Source of the DNA: Adineta vaga
Taxonomy: Eukaryota; Animalia; Rotifera
Direction of reading: 5' to 3'
Assembly (NCBI GenBank): GCA_021613535.1
Contig: CP075492.1
Location: 6,820,001 to 6,884,000 of the forward strand
DNA length: 64,000 bases
Part shown: positions 38,124-51,258 of the stretch, one piece after another
Position numbering within the stretch: position 1 is the first letter of the stretch
Layout: every line of letters starts with the position of its first letter
The notes under the pieces: model-generated
Database searches by the model: none
The model's input: only the letters and a program-made list of their open reading frames with translations
What the model was told of the DNA's origin: nothing
Made by a program: the position numbers and the translations under genes

Positions 38124-40460
38124 ATGGATATGTTTATGTTTGCTCTTGGATTTCTCATATTTCTCTGTGCTATAATCCATTTCTATACACGACAAGTTCA
38201 ACAACAACCAAAAGATCCATCTTTTCGAGGATTTCAACAAACTTATTTAATCGTTTATTTATTAGCCGTTGGTAATAATTTATCTTTGAAAAAAAAGAAA
38301 GAAGTTTTCTCAATCACTTTGTTCTTTATTAATTATTAGCTGCTGATTGGCTTCAAGGACCTCATGTCTACGCATTGTATGAGAGTTATGGCATACAAAA
38401 ACATGAAATTGAAGTACTTTTTATTGCTGGTTTTGGATCTTCCATGATCTTTGGTACAGTTATTGCATCGTTAGCTGATAAATAGTAAATAAATGATATT
38501 TCTTCTTTTCATTTTCTAAATCTATTTTGATCATTTAGTGGAAGACGAAATACATGTTTGATGTATGGTATTCTTTACGGTATAGCATGCGCAACTAAGG
38601 TTAATAATTGATAAGAAACTGTTTTTTTTATCAATGAGAAGAATGTTTGTTCATTTTGTTTTCAGCATTTTCCGAATTTTTACATTCTACTTTTTGGACG
38701 ATTACTTGCTGGAATAGCTACATCAATTTTATTTAGTGCATTCGAATCCTGGTTAATCTGTGAACATCAACGTGTAAGATTTGACTTTTAAAAATCAATT
38801 GAAATAATTATATTTAATTCAATTTCTTATAGAGAAATTATGAACCGGAAACATTAACAATTATCTTTGCGAATGCAGCATTTGGAAATTCATTAGTTGC
38901 TATTATATCGGGAATTGCAGCACAACTTGTAGCGAATACATTTGGATATGTGTAAGTATTTTTCGATAAATTATTCACTTCGATATAGATGAATGAAAAT
39001 GTCTATTTTATTGTGTAGAGCACCATTCGATAGTGCGATTCTTTCGTTTATTGCCATGTGTGCATTATTAATAACAACCTGGTCAGAAAATCATGGAGAT
39101 GCAAACGCTCCAATTGCTCAATCATTTGTTTCTGCTTGGAACGCAATTAAATCTGGTAAAAGAAATTTCATGAAAAATAATTGATTGTGAAAATAATGAT
39201 ATGTCACTATTTTAGATCGAAGAATCTGTCTTCTTGGTATTGTTCAAGCTTTATTTGAAGCATCAATGTATGTTTTTGTTCTTGAATGGACACCGGCATT
39301 AACACAAGCATTGAATAAATCTGTTATTGACAAAACAGATAATAAAAATCCACCAATTCCACATGGTTTGAATATTACTTGATTTAATGAACAAATCTAA
39401 AATTAGAACGTTATTTTTAGGTTATGTTTTTGCAAGTTATATGGTTTCAATGATGATAGGATCGAATTTATTCAAAGTTTTATGTAATTATACAACACCT
39501 GAATCATTTATGAGGTAAGAATTGATTGTTCTCCTTTGAATTCATGAACTCTCTCTCTCTCTCTCTTGTTCTTTTTTAGACCAGTAGTTTTCATCTCGGC
39601 TTTATGTATGAGTGTACCAGTGTTTATGCCAACGGTAAAGGACAACTATCTATTGATGTAAACTTCAATAAGATTGCTTTTGCAGGCTCAATCGATTATG
39701 TTCGCTGCATTTCTGATCTTTGAATCTTGTGTTGGCATTTTCTGGCCGTAAGTCATTTGGAAAAGAAATATTTTTAGGATCGTTTTTTTAATGAAACTAC
39801 CGATTTATTAGAAGAGTGATAAAAATTGATTTTAATGAATGATCTTCTATTTTTAACAACCAAGAAATATGCTTGAAGTATTCTTGACTGCAAAGATAAT
39901 CCTTTATATCTTAAATGAAGGCAATCTTTTGATGAGACTGTCTTCTATTCTAATCATGTGATGACATACTTCTTCTTTGTTTCATTATAGAGCTATGGCA
40001 CAGATGCGTAGCAAATATGTTCCGGAAGAAGGTTAGTTTCAAATCTAATTTGTTCTCTTCTTATTTAACATCATTACTATATTAAAGCTCGTGCTACTGT
40101 GATGAATTATTTTCGTATTCCATTGAATTTAATTGTCGTGATTATTTTACTCAAAGTAAATTTCATTTGAAACTATATTTTCAAATCATCTCTATTCTAT
40201 CTTTAGGATTTTCAATTGAAAATTATTTTCAGTAGTTGCATTCTTTTCTTAACTTTGGCTGGTATCAGTATATTTTTATTACATCGGTATGAAAATATAA
40301 AATGATGTGAAAAATAACAATAGTTTTTCTTTATATTTCAAGAATATCATTACATGCAACGAAATCAATATCACCTTTGAATAATATTGTTACTGTTCCG
40401 CAACACGGTCTTAAATCATCAACAGATAATATTCATGAGAAACATTCAGATACTCTTTAA
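38124..40460 (+). CDS. MFSD5: Molybdate-anion transporter (MFS, multi-exon)
   Basis: YLLAVAADWLQGPHVYALY, LFIAGFGSS, LFSAFESWL, WSENHG, LFEASMYVFVLEWTP, RATVMNYFRIPLN. Confidence 0.92.
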
Positions 40461-41190
40461 ATTTGAATTTCCAAATTATCATATTATTGTATTCTTTTCG
40501 TGATAAAAACTTAATCTTCTTTTCCGCTTTTAGTACTAACCAATATTTCGTGATATGAGTTTTCTATATTAATCGAATCTCGCTTTCCATTCTTAATAAT
40601 TACGTTGTTTTCGCACTATTTTACTTTGAATTTCAGTTTAATCAAATACGATTTATTTAATCGAAGAAAAGAAAAATACAAATATAATATTCTATTTATT
40701 GTTCTTAATATTGTTTATCATAAGATGTCTTTTTCTTTTCCTTATCGTTCTATTTTTCTTTCTGTTCTCTCAGGTGTTTTGGTTGCGCTTTGTATATATA
40801 TATCTAGCCATTCATAATCGAGGGTTTCGAAAAACAACAGGATCAGTCCGTCATCGCATGTTTTCTTTTCACGAACGAGAAAAAGAATCCAATAATCGAA
40901 CTATATCGATGGAGAGAAAAGAATAAGGAAAATATACACATATATGATAGACACTTTTATCGTACACTTGACTGGACATTATGTCTGAACAGAATGATCA
41001 ACAGAAAACGAGTCAGGTATGTGACAAAAGTGAAAGAGAGTGAGAGAGAGGGAGGGAGAAAGATATAACTTTTCTTTTCTATTTTCAAGAAGAACTATCT
41101 AAAGAAGATTATTGAACTTTGTACTATTAACTTTATTTTTTATGTTTGTATTCTAGAATTTAATTAATATATTGAATAAATAATAAAATC

Positions 41191-42639
41191 ATGGTGACAA
41201 CAGCACAAATTTTCACAATCGTAGGACTTCTATGTACACCAATGATCAGCATAGCTACTCTTGTACTTACACTTGCTGCATTGAATTTGTCACTTGGAGT
41301 ACGAAAATTATATGTTAAATTACTTGGATATCTATTTGATTATGCCACAAAGATTAAAAAAGATAGAGAAGTTACAATTGACTCTTCAAATTCCAATACA
41401 TCTAATCTATCAACACCGATTGTAGAAAAATTACCTGATGATCCGATTGAAATCACTTCAGAAACACCTTTACTTAGTGATTCAAACAAATCAAATGATG
41501 CACCTACTGATGTTTATCAAAAAACATCACGAGGTTCATCACAGACAGATATTCAATTTAGACTAGGTAAATCTATGTGTAAAAATAAGTGATATATATT
41601 TATTTTCTATTTATTTTAAGGAGATATAATGGATTATACACGTCAAGGTCTTGAAGCCATTGTTGATGATGAAGTAACAAAACGTTTTACATCAGCTGAA
41701 GAAATGGCTGTTTGGAATTTATTAACTCGTACTCAACAACAACATGAATATTTCTCTTTGCGTGTTACTATACTTTGGTTTCTTGGCTTTTGTATTCGTT
41801 ATTTTATCTTATTTCCATTTCGTCTTTGTCTATTTATGCTCGCTATCTTTTGGATGTTAGGTTCAGCAGTATTTCTCAAATATTTTCCAGGACAAAATGC
41901 CAAATTACGATATGGATTTTACATTAATATTGTTCTACATCGTATTTTATCACGTGTCTTCTCTGCAATAATAACATATCATAATACGGAATATCGCGCT
42001 AAATGTGGTTCAATTTGTGTTGCTAACCATACTTCACCTATTGATGTGATTATTCTCTCAACTGACAATAGTTTTTCTATGATTGGACAAAAACATGGCG
42101 GCTTCTTTGGCATGGTTCAACGAACTTTATCAAATACAGCTAATCATATTTGGTTTGAACGTTCCGAAGCAAAAGATCGTCATATGGTAGCAGAAAAAAT
42201 GCGTGAACATATTCAAATTGAAAATAATTTACCAATATTAATCTTTCCGGAAGGAACATGTATTAATAATACATCTGTTATGATGTTTAAAAAGGGTTGT
42301 TTTGAAATACGAGAAGCACCAATCTATCCTGTTGCGATTAAATATGATAATCGTTTTGGTGATGCATTTTGGAATTCATCTAAACATGATTTATTTCAAT
42401 ATTTAATCTTAATGATGACATCATGGGCGATTGTTGTTGATGTTTATTATTTACCACCAATGACAAATGAAGTAGATGAATCCTCAGTCGATTTCGCTCG
42501 TCGTGTCAAAGCAGCGATTGCAAAACAAGGTGGCTTCGTCGATTTAGAATGGGATGGTGGATTAAAACGTGCTTTGCCCAAGGCAGATTTCAAAGCAGAA
42601 GAGCAACGAAAATTTTATGAAATGTTAAAAACAGAATAA
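41191..42639 (+). CDS. Glycerol-3-phosphate acyltransferase 3/4-like (2 exons)
   Basis: VANHTSPID, WFER, IFPEGTC and YPVAIKY motifs; intron 41567-41620. Confidence 0.95.
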
Positions 42640-42855
42640 ATATCTAGTCGGAGTTCATCGAGTGAAAACAAACAAAAAGCGATTAATTATGTTCCTTTTC
42701 ATTTTCTTTTCTTCTTCTTGTACAAACAGTTTATTTTTCCGAAAAAGATAAACAAGTTCACATTTTTCTTTTTCTATAAAAGTATTGGATATATTCTTGT
42801 TGTTGTGTCATTTGTTCTTTCTAGATTGTACTATTGAATCGAATTTTTTTTAACA

Positions 42856-43450
42856 ATGCCAATTAGTCAACCAGCTAAACCACCACGTTATTCAGCAACA
42901 TGTAAGTTACTTGTGTTCGTAGTGGAATATATTCTTTATTTGTTCGAGATGATTAGATGAAGATGATACGTATCAATATCGACATGTTATTTTGGATAAA
43001 GGTATGGTTTCATTGATACCAAAAAATCGTTTAATGGACGAATGTGAATGGCGAGCTTTGGGAATTAAACAAGGAGCCAATTGGGAACATTATCTTATTC
43101 ATAAACCAGGTTAAAAAAAACGCATTCTTTTAAATCTTAATTTTATGAATATTCTATTCATTTATTTAGAACCATTTGTTCTTATGTTCCGTCGTTCTTT
43201 AAAGTATCGTGTCAATTCTGATTCATCAATTTTTCAACAACAAAATACTCATTTTCCAACGACACGTATACCACTCAGTGCAACAATGAATTCTTCATCG
43301 ACTTATCCTCTTGGTGATGCAACAAATACGAAAAATAATTTCAATTTTCGTGATACTCTTCGAATGGCTGTAAATCCTTATAAATTAATCAATAGTAATT
43401 ATAATGATGATTATCGTGGATCAAATTTTGAAAGTCATTGTGATAGATAA
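42856..43450 (+). CDS. Divergent CKS paralog with C-terminal extension (3 exons)
   Basis: RYSATYEDDTYQYRHVIL, RLMDECEWRALGIKQ, HYLIHKPEPFVLMFRR, followed by an ~85-aa Ser/Asn-rich tail. Confidence 0.85.
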
Positions 43451-43639
43451 GCCGTATTGATGGAATGTTTCTTTTTCTTTTTTCTTCTCGTTATTAATGT
43501 CAGATAACATATATCTTGTGAATTTAGACTTTTTCTTTTTAAATATTTTATTCATTCAACGAACAATTGAATTCATTTTAGATAGTAAAAAAAAGACAAT
43601 ATTCTTGTCATTTGTCGTCGTTCTTCTTTTCCCAGCAAA

Positions 43640-44090
43640 ATGGCCGCAAAAGATGCAGCACAAAAAGATAAAGAATCACAAAAAGAACAGATCTATTATT
43701 CAGATACATATAAAGATGTAAGAAAATAGTTTTCTTTTATGAATTTCCAATTGTTTACTTTTTCGTTTAGGAAATGTATGAATATCGTCATGTAATTTTA
43801 CCTAAAGAAATTGCTAAAAAAGTACCAAAAGGTCGATTACTAACTGAAAATGAATGGCGTCATCTTGGCGTTCAACAATCACTCGGTTGGGTTCATTTTA
43901 TGATACATGAGCCAGGTAAATTACTGATTGTCATAACAATGAATTGTTCTCATTCCATATTCGTTTCTTTTAAGAACCACATATTCTACTATTTCGTCGT
44001 TCACTTAAAGTTAGCCTACAAGTTCACCAGCATCGAGCAGCAGCTGCTCAAGCGCAACAACAACAGTACAATGCCTTACATATGAAATAG
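43640..44090 (+). CDS. CKS1: Cyclin-dependent kinases regulatory subunit (3 exons)
   Basis: [51 protein letters not shown]. Confidence 0.93.
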
Positions 44091-44676
44091 CATTTCGGTT
44101 TTCTTTTTCATTCTACCCGTGACATAACATACCACATTGTAGTATTGGGCATGTGTGTACATTTTCTCATACTCTCAGGAAAAAAAACGTCAAAATTCGA
44201 ATGTATGCAAAATGCATGAGGAATTTTTTTTGTCTCTCTTCATTGATATCTATGTATATGTCAGATTTATTTGTGTGCGTGTGTATTAAATAATTTTCCT
44301 TTTTTTCTTGATTTATTTTTTTTGTTCATCTTGCGTTTACTGATCTTAATACGTCGTCTTATCTTTTTTTTTGGTCTGTGGTCTGATTATGGAACAAAAA
44401 TAGGAAAATACAGATTTAAATAATGATAATAGGAGAATAAAGAATATTAATCTATGTAACGAATAAGTTTATGAAACACGAAATATATACGTACGTAGTG
44501 TTATCTATGTCTGTACAAATGTACGAGATTTGTGATGAATGAACAAGAATCTCTTCAGAAACTGTTCTTAGAGAAGAGAAAATAAGATCGAACGAGAATT
44601 TTGTTTATATTTGCTTGTTTTTCTTCTATTGAAGAACACCGACATATTTTGATACTATTTTAGATCAAATTCTAGA

Positions 44677-45241
44677 ATGAAACTATCTTTTATCATCATA
44701 ATTTGTTCATTATTTGCAATCGAAAGTAGTTTTTTATAAGTGTAAAATGACATTTCATGTAACAATGAAGTTTTAGGTCTTTGTCGATCTTCAACTCATA
44801 GCTCGAAGTCGGAATGTCCAACGGGTGTACAGAAAGTTGCTTGCTTCGTCGATCCATGTTTTGTAAATTATATTCTGAGAATTAGTATTTTGAATATGTT
44901 TTATTCACCGTATAGATGAAGACATGTCAAACAGATTCAACATTAAAATGTATTTCGGATTATTGTGATGGTTGCAATGCTAAATGGATGAAACCCAATG
45001 GTGAAACAACTCAATGTCCTCCTAAGAAGAAATCTCGATGTCCATTTGGTCAAAAAGAGGTACAATGTTTTAAAGATCCATGCCAAGTAAGTAGTATCGT
45101 AAAATAATGAAGTTCCTCTTACATTTTCTTCACTAGGGTGAAACATGTCCACGAGATCCATCAGCAAAATGTATTTCAAACTATTGTGGTGGATGCAATT
45201 TCTCATGGAAGAAATCCAATGGAAAGAAAGCTCGATGTTAA
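44677..45241 (+). CDS. Small secreted cysteine-rich protein with two 6-Cys repeats (4 exons)
   Basis: Signal peptide MKLSFIIIICSLFAIE; two copies of CP-x5-V-x-CF-x-DPC-x2-TC-x6-CIS-[DN]-YC-[DG]-GCN; Lys/Arg-rich. Confidence 0.8.
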
Positions 45242-45499
45242 TACCAATCATAATGAACTACTTTCTTAATCTCTCTATATTTTTTTCAGTATTTGTCATA
45301 AACAAATGAATAATCAACAAAGATATACAACAGTTCAATGCTATTTTACACAAACTTTTAGCTAGTTTGAAAATCATGACTGAGTTACACCTCATATTTT
45401 AACATACATTACAGTACGAAATACATGTTTATAACACAGCCTATCAAGCAAGGCATGCTCAAAAACGAAACTATAAAAAAATCGATAATACATAACATC

Positions 45500-46793
45500 T
45501 TATTTCATTGATCGTCGCCGAATAGCATTCGTCATACAATGTGCACCACCGCCACCCTCCAGTAGACCTCGAATAGGAATTGTTCCAACTTGACAGACAT
45601 TACTTTCAGTCATTTGTGTAACGATTCCTTTTTCACAATCACTACCTGCATAAGTCACCACATGATAATTATCAATGACAACTACATTGTGTCGACAATG
45701 ACGTTGTTCATAAACAGATGTTTCTTCATCTAATGCATCATAAAAGATCAATTCAGGATCATTCAATACTTTCCCAAGTGCTTCACGAACATTACAGCCA
45801 TGTGATATCCATTCAACATCACTATCTTTCTTTTCTAATGTGAATACTTCCATTGTTTCCTAATGATCCATGTAATGTAAATGCATGTTTACCAACTGAA
45901 CTTAGAACTGTGTCCAAATGCATATAACATCGATTAGGTGGAATGTTTATAGCAATCACTTGATGAAATAATCCTGTTCGAGCAACTGCTTCGATACCAG
46001 CACGATTTGTTCTTTCACTACATCCAATCATCACAACACCGTTACCAATATAAGCAACATCACCACCTTCGATTGTTGGCATATCATTATCATTATTGTT
46101 GTGATCTTTGCTTGCTCGCCATTCAACAAGTTTCAGTCCAGATGTTGACAAACATGGATGGTATTGAAAAATGATTTGTATAAGAAAGGGTTCGTTTCGT
46201 CGAGCTGGTTTATTCATTTGCCAGATGAAGACATTTTTTTCCATGATGGAAAAACCGTCACGCGTAAAGAGCAGATTTGGTAATGGTTGAATGACATAAT
46301 GATGATTGAGATGTTTGGTTTTGAGCAGTTCTCGTGCATGATCAGATGTACCGAGTTCATCTGGTGAACAGCTAACGCCAACAATAACATCTTGTGCTAA
46401 TTGTTCGGGTGTTCGATCAAGCAGCCACTGTCGAAGAGTTGATAATGCTTGTTGTTGATCCGGTTGATTGAGATGCGAATGAGCAATTAATCCATCAATC
46501 AGATGTTTTCGTGCTTCAGCACTAGCAGTGAGTGTTTCAAGCAAGAGATCAGTTAGATAAAGAACATGTACTCCATGTTGACGAAGATATTGTGAAAATA
46601 TATCGTGTGATTGATGTGTCTGATCGATGTTTGGAAGTGCATCGTAGAGCACATGATCGAGAGTATCTTCTGTTAGTCGAAGAAGTTCTCGACCAGGTCG
46701 ATGCATGATGACGATGTCGAGTTTTCCACATTCTGATTCGACACCAACACCTAGTTCATCGATTGTGTCTTTGGTTGATTTCGATATTGTCAT
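45500..46793 (-). pseudogene. arcA: Arginine deiminase, frameshifted copy (2-bp deletion at ~45860)
   Basis: ORFs 45822-46793 and 45500-45853 together match the neighbouring copy; TTA G--GAA ACA ATG versus TTA GCT GAA ATA ATG. Motifs FTRD, EGGD, MHLDT, GGAHCMT. Confidence 0.9.
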
Positions 46794-47775
46794 TTATCTA
46801 GACAGTGAGTAAGGTATGAAAAACGATTTTCTCCCGATGATTTGGGATATTTCTCTCCGCTGTGCACAACGTGCAGCAAGGGTAAAAATGATTTACCTGT
46901 TATGCATCGTCGTCATGAAAAAAGCACACCTTTTCATTAATACACTTTTCGAACAAATAAAATGGTAGATCAAATTAGTTTTCATTGCACATGTCTTATT
47001 TCGTTCTCTTCCTTTTTGTTTTTCCGTGAGAAACATATGAGTACAAAATGTATTATAGCTGTAAGCGATGTATTACATATTTGTACTGATAACAATTGTA
47101 TATTTTAAAATGCGGAAGAATAGAAACGATGATTCTATACGTCGCCAATGAAACAAACATTTTCGACATAAAGATATCTTCTGAAAAGACGCTCGAAATA
47201 TAGATTGACGAATTCTTTTGATCATTTGGTTACTATTTTTGGCACTCACCAACCAACTTCCATTATACATCCAATCTATTCACACATTTGCTGAATATAA
47301 CCTTTTCCAGTTAATTCTGATCATGCTGTTAAATAATAGATGTTATCGTGTGTATGGTGCTGATCAGAAACAACATGAAACAATCTGAAATGTTCTAGCT
47401 TCGAATCCTGTTTCGATGACTTGGTTCGAATATCATAGATGTGACAAATTCTGGACTAGATCGTTTGACACAACATTTCGTATTCAAGAACACAAAGTTA
47501 TGGTTTCAATGTTTAATTAGCTAAAATCATTGATATTGATTGTTATGCGACAAATTTGTCAAAACTTGAATATCTTTAACTAGTTCCATCTCAGATTAAT
47601 GATTAGAAAATGAATTTATTAGTAAAATTAAATCGAATGGTAAAAATGAACGAGGTAATTTCATAAAAGAAAAGTTTTCAAACATTTGGTATATTATGCA
47701 GAAACCAACAACGATGACACATATACAATAGAAAAAAATTAATCAGCTATATTAAATTAACAAAGAAAGCGAATG

Positions 47776-49074
47776 TTAGTTTATTGGACGTCGTCGTAAA
47801 GCATTCGTCATACAGTGTACTCCACCACCACCTTCTGATAAACCTTGAGAAGGTATTGTTCTAACACGACACACATTATTTTTTATCATTTGCTTAACGA
47901 TTCCTTTTTCACAATCACTACCTGCATAAGTCACCACATGATAATTATCAATGACAACCACATTGTGTCGACAATGACGTTGTTCATAAACAGATGTTTC
48001 TTCATCTAATGCATCATAAAAGATCAACTCAGGATCATTTAGTACTTTTCCAAGTGCTTCACGAACATTACAGCCATGTGATATCCATTCAACATCACTA
48101 TCTTTCTTTTCTAATGTGAATACTTCCATTATTTCAGCTAATGATCCATGTAATGTAAATGCATGTTTACCAACTGAACTTAGAACTGTGTCCAAATGCA
48201 TATAACATCGATTAGGTGGAATGTTTATCGCAATCACTCGATGAAATAATCCTGTTCGAGCAACTGCTTCGATACCAGCACGATTTGTTCTTTCACTACA
48301 TCCAATCATCACAACACCGTTACCAATATAAGCAACATCACCACCTTCGATTGTTGGCATATCGCTGTCATTATTGTTGTGATCTTTGCTTGCTCGCCAT
48401 TCAACGAGTTTCAGTCCTGATGTTGACAAACATGGATGGTATTGAAAAATGATTTGTATAAGAAAGGGTTCGTTTCGTCGAGCTGGCTTGTTCATTTGCC
48501 AAATGAAGACATTCTTTTCCATGATGGAAAAACCGTCACGCATAAAGAGTAGATTTGGTAATGGTTGAATGACATAATGATGATTGAGATGCTTGGTTTT
48601 GAGCAGTTCTCGTGCATGATCAGATGTACCGAGTTCATCTGATGAACAGCTAACGCCAACAATAACATCTTGTGCCAGTTGTTCGGGTGTCCGATCAAGT
48701 AGCCACTGTCGAAGAGTTGATAATGCTTGTTGTTGATCCGGTTGATTGAGATGAGAATGAGCAATTAATCCATCAATCAAATGTTTTCGTGCTTCAACAC
48801 TAGCAGTGAGCGTTTCAAGCAAGAGATCAGCTAGATAAAGAACATGCACTCCATGTTGACGAAGATATTGTGAAAAGATATCGTGTGATTGATGTGTCTG
48901 ATCGATGTTTGGAAGCGCATCGTAGAGCAGATGATGAAGATTATCTTTCGTTAGTCGAAGAAGTTCTCGACCAGGTCGATGCATGATGACGATGTCGAGT
49001 TTTCCACATTCTGATTCGACACCAACACCAAATTCATCGATTGTATCTTTGGTTGTTGAGGTTGACGCTACCAT
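47776..49074 (-). CDS. arcA: Arginine deiminase (amidinotransferase fold), intronless
   Basis: V-x-SE-x-GKL, HRPG-x-E, PLPNLLFMRD, IEGGD, G-x-SERT, MHLDT and the catalytic GGGVHCMT. Confidence 0.93.
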   Translation of the reverse strand: MVASTSTTKDTIDEFGVGVESECGKLDIVIMHRPGRELLRLTKDNLHHLLYDALPNIDQTHQSHDIFSQYLRQHGVHVLYLADLLLETLTASVEARKHLIDGLIAHSHLNQPDQQQALSTLRQWLLDRTPEQLAQDVIVGVSCSSDELGTSDHARELLKTKHLNHHYVIQPLPNLLFMRDGFSIMEKNVFIWQMNKPARRNEPFLIQIIFQYHPCLSTSGLKLVEWRASKDHNNNDSDMPTIEGGDVAYIGNGVVMIGCSERTNRAGIEAVARTGLFHRVIAINIPPNRCYMHLDTVLSSVGKHAFTLHGSLAEIMEVFTLEKKDSDVEWISHGCNVREALGKVLNDPELIFYDALDEETSVYEQRHCRHNVVVIDNYHVVTYAGSDCEKGIVKQMIKNNVCRVRTIPSQGLSEGGGGVHCMTNALRRRPIN

Positions 49075-50559
49075 TTGCTTGATCGAAGTGAATCGTAGAA
49101 ACTATCTACAATTAAATAACTCAAATTATTCTCTCCGTAGGAAACTGTTTTTCCAATCATAAACCAAAGTCATCGAAATGAATACATTTTATTTTGATTC
49201 AGATGAAATCGAATCTGAGACTGATACTTGCCGTATACAATACAAATAAAACGTACTAACACCAAATGATGAAAAGTAGGTATAATATATCTCTGCTACG
49301 ACACTGATCTACTCTTTGAAATAAACGAGTAGTATCGGTTGAAATGAATCATGGCTTTTCATTTATTCAAATTCATATCTCACTGTCGGGATGATAATAC
49401 CATGATTTTAGTATTTGACCTTAGATAATATATTCTCCTCTCGGTCAAAGTATAAGTGAAAATGATTTATCCAATGAAAATACGTATAACGAACTTTGAT
49501 TACTCATGTAAATGCATCTTTTTCTCCTTATATTTTCTCAATATATAATTGTAAAACGTCGATCAATTCAGTTTGAATACCAAATTCTACTTCAATACTA
49601 TAATTTGAACAGTTAAACTGACAAGCGAGACTGTAACTACACGAATTACTATGATATTTTTTTTTCAGTATACTTTTGTCCCTGATGACCTGTGTGAAAA
49701 TGTTTGTACTTACTACTTAATTGCACTGAACAAGTTTAATGCTTCGCAAGTATGATACGAAAGCAAAAGGACAACAATCTGTATGATAGAAGTCAGAAAA
49801 GAAGGTGTGGTTATTGATACCACTAACGTTATCAGTGGAAATGACATATAATAGCGTATGACTCTTCAAGTATGTTCCTATACCTATGAGCATTTAGAGA
49901 CAATAATCACCGTGATTGTGACTACAACTATTCGTATCATATTCTCTTTCTCTTTTTATACAACCTTATTTCTATCATTTTCATTGACATTCATATCTCT
50001 TCGAATATGCATTGCAATCTATTAGATACTTGAGGCACTGCGATAGGACCTAAAGTCATTCAATGTACTTTACATACGTTGAATCTGATAGATATTTAAA
50101 AGAAAACTTCTACAAAAATCTGCTTCGATAGTTTTATAACAGAAGATATTTCTTCTAGATCCAAATGATGAGACAATTAGAGAGATATATACACATTACC
50201 TTGCAATTTTAAAATTCTGGTTTTAAATTGATCAAATCAATTGTAATCTATCGACCGTGATTATTTTGATAAAACTTACAAAAGTGAATCGATTTTTACA
50301 TACTGTATTGACAAATAACTATTGAATGGAAAATTCTCAATCATGAATGATTCATAGTTATCTTTAAGTATATGAATCAATTCTTTTGTTCTTCGTCGTT
50401 TCTTTCGATATTCTACATTCGTTGATAGACACGACATGTTTCTCTTTTCATCGCTATATAGATTATCTAATCGATGTTCTGATAAGAAGGAAACTTACAA
50501 GATACTCGAATCAGTTTTATTTATGCTTATTTTTGGAATTATTTCAAACATAAAATGTG

Positions 50560-51258
50560 TCAATCTAGTCGATTTCTATACCAATGATTAAGTATTCGAT
50601 TACGAGCATGATGTTCCAACAGCTGTTGTGTTTTAATTCGACTATTATCTCTTGTAATCATATGTTCAAAATCAAAATTTAATGTAAATGTTAATACATC
50701 ATTTGGACATAAATGAACATTACTATAATTATCAGTAACATTTCCTGATAGAATTTTAAAGCCTTCTCCTTCAATGTAGGTGCCATTCAATGGACCAGTA
50801 GTATAAATTAATTGTTGAAGAACTGGCGAAGCTTGTTTAACATAAATAACTGAATCTTGATGATATTTTTCACCCAATTCATATATAATTGTACGTTCTT
50901 GATCAGGTGATTGATTATGAAGAACAACAAGAAAACTATCTTCAATTGCACCATCGTACTTTCCAAGAACATTTGAATATAAAAAAGTATTTGTTAGATC
51001 ATTTGATAAATTTCCAAGACTTTCTTGTATCATTACATCCGTTAAAATAAATTCATTAGATGATAAACTTGGATTACGTCCTGCACTGATAATTGCATAT
51101 CCACCATTATTTAATAAATTGATCAATGTTGTATTCGAAAATGTAATTGGATTCATTGATGAAATCCATGTTCCTAAATGAGAGATGAAAAAGAATTCAA
51201 ATTTGTATTTTTCTTTACCTGAAATCAATGGAACAAGTAGTAAGAAACTCAACATCAT
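50560..51258 (-). CDS. Secreted protein with DUF3293-like (phage/bacterial-type) domain
   Basis: Signal peptide; probable in-frame 45-bp GT-AG intron at 51174-51218; motifs YAIISAGRNP, GKYDG..EDSFLV, LGEKYHQDSVIY. Confidence 0.6.
   Translation of the reverse strand: MMLSFLLLVPLISGKEKYKFEFFFISHLGTWISSMNPITFSNTTLINLLNNGGYAIISAGRNPSLSSNEFILTDVMIQESLGNLSNDLTNTFLYSNVLGKYDGAIEDSFLVVLHNQSPDQERTIIYELGEKYHQDSVIYVKQASPVLQQLIYTTGPLNGTYIEGEGFKILSGNVTDNYSNVHLCPNDVLTFTLNFDFEHMITRDNSRIKTQQLLEHHARNRILNHWYRNRLD

Noticed and set aside
49800-50400. Possible degraded gene between ADI and the secreted protein
   Set aside because: Only short coding-like patches with no recognisable motif.
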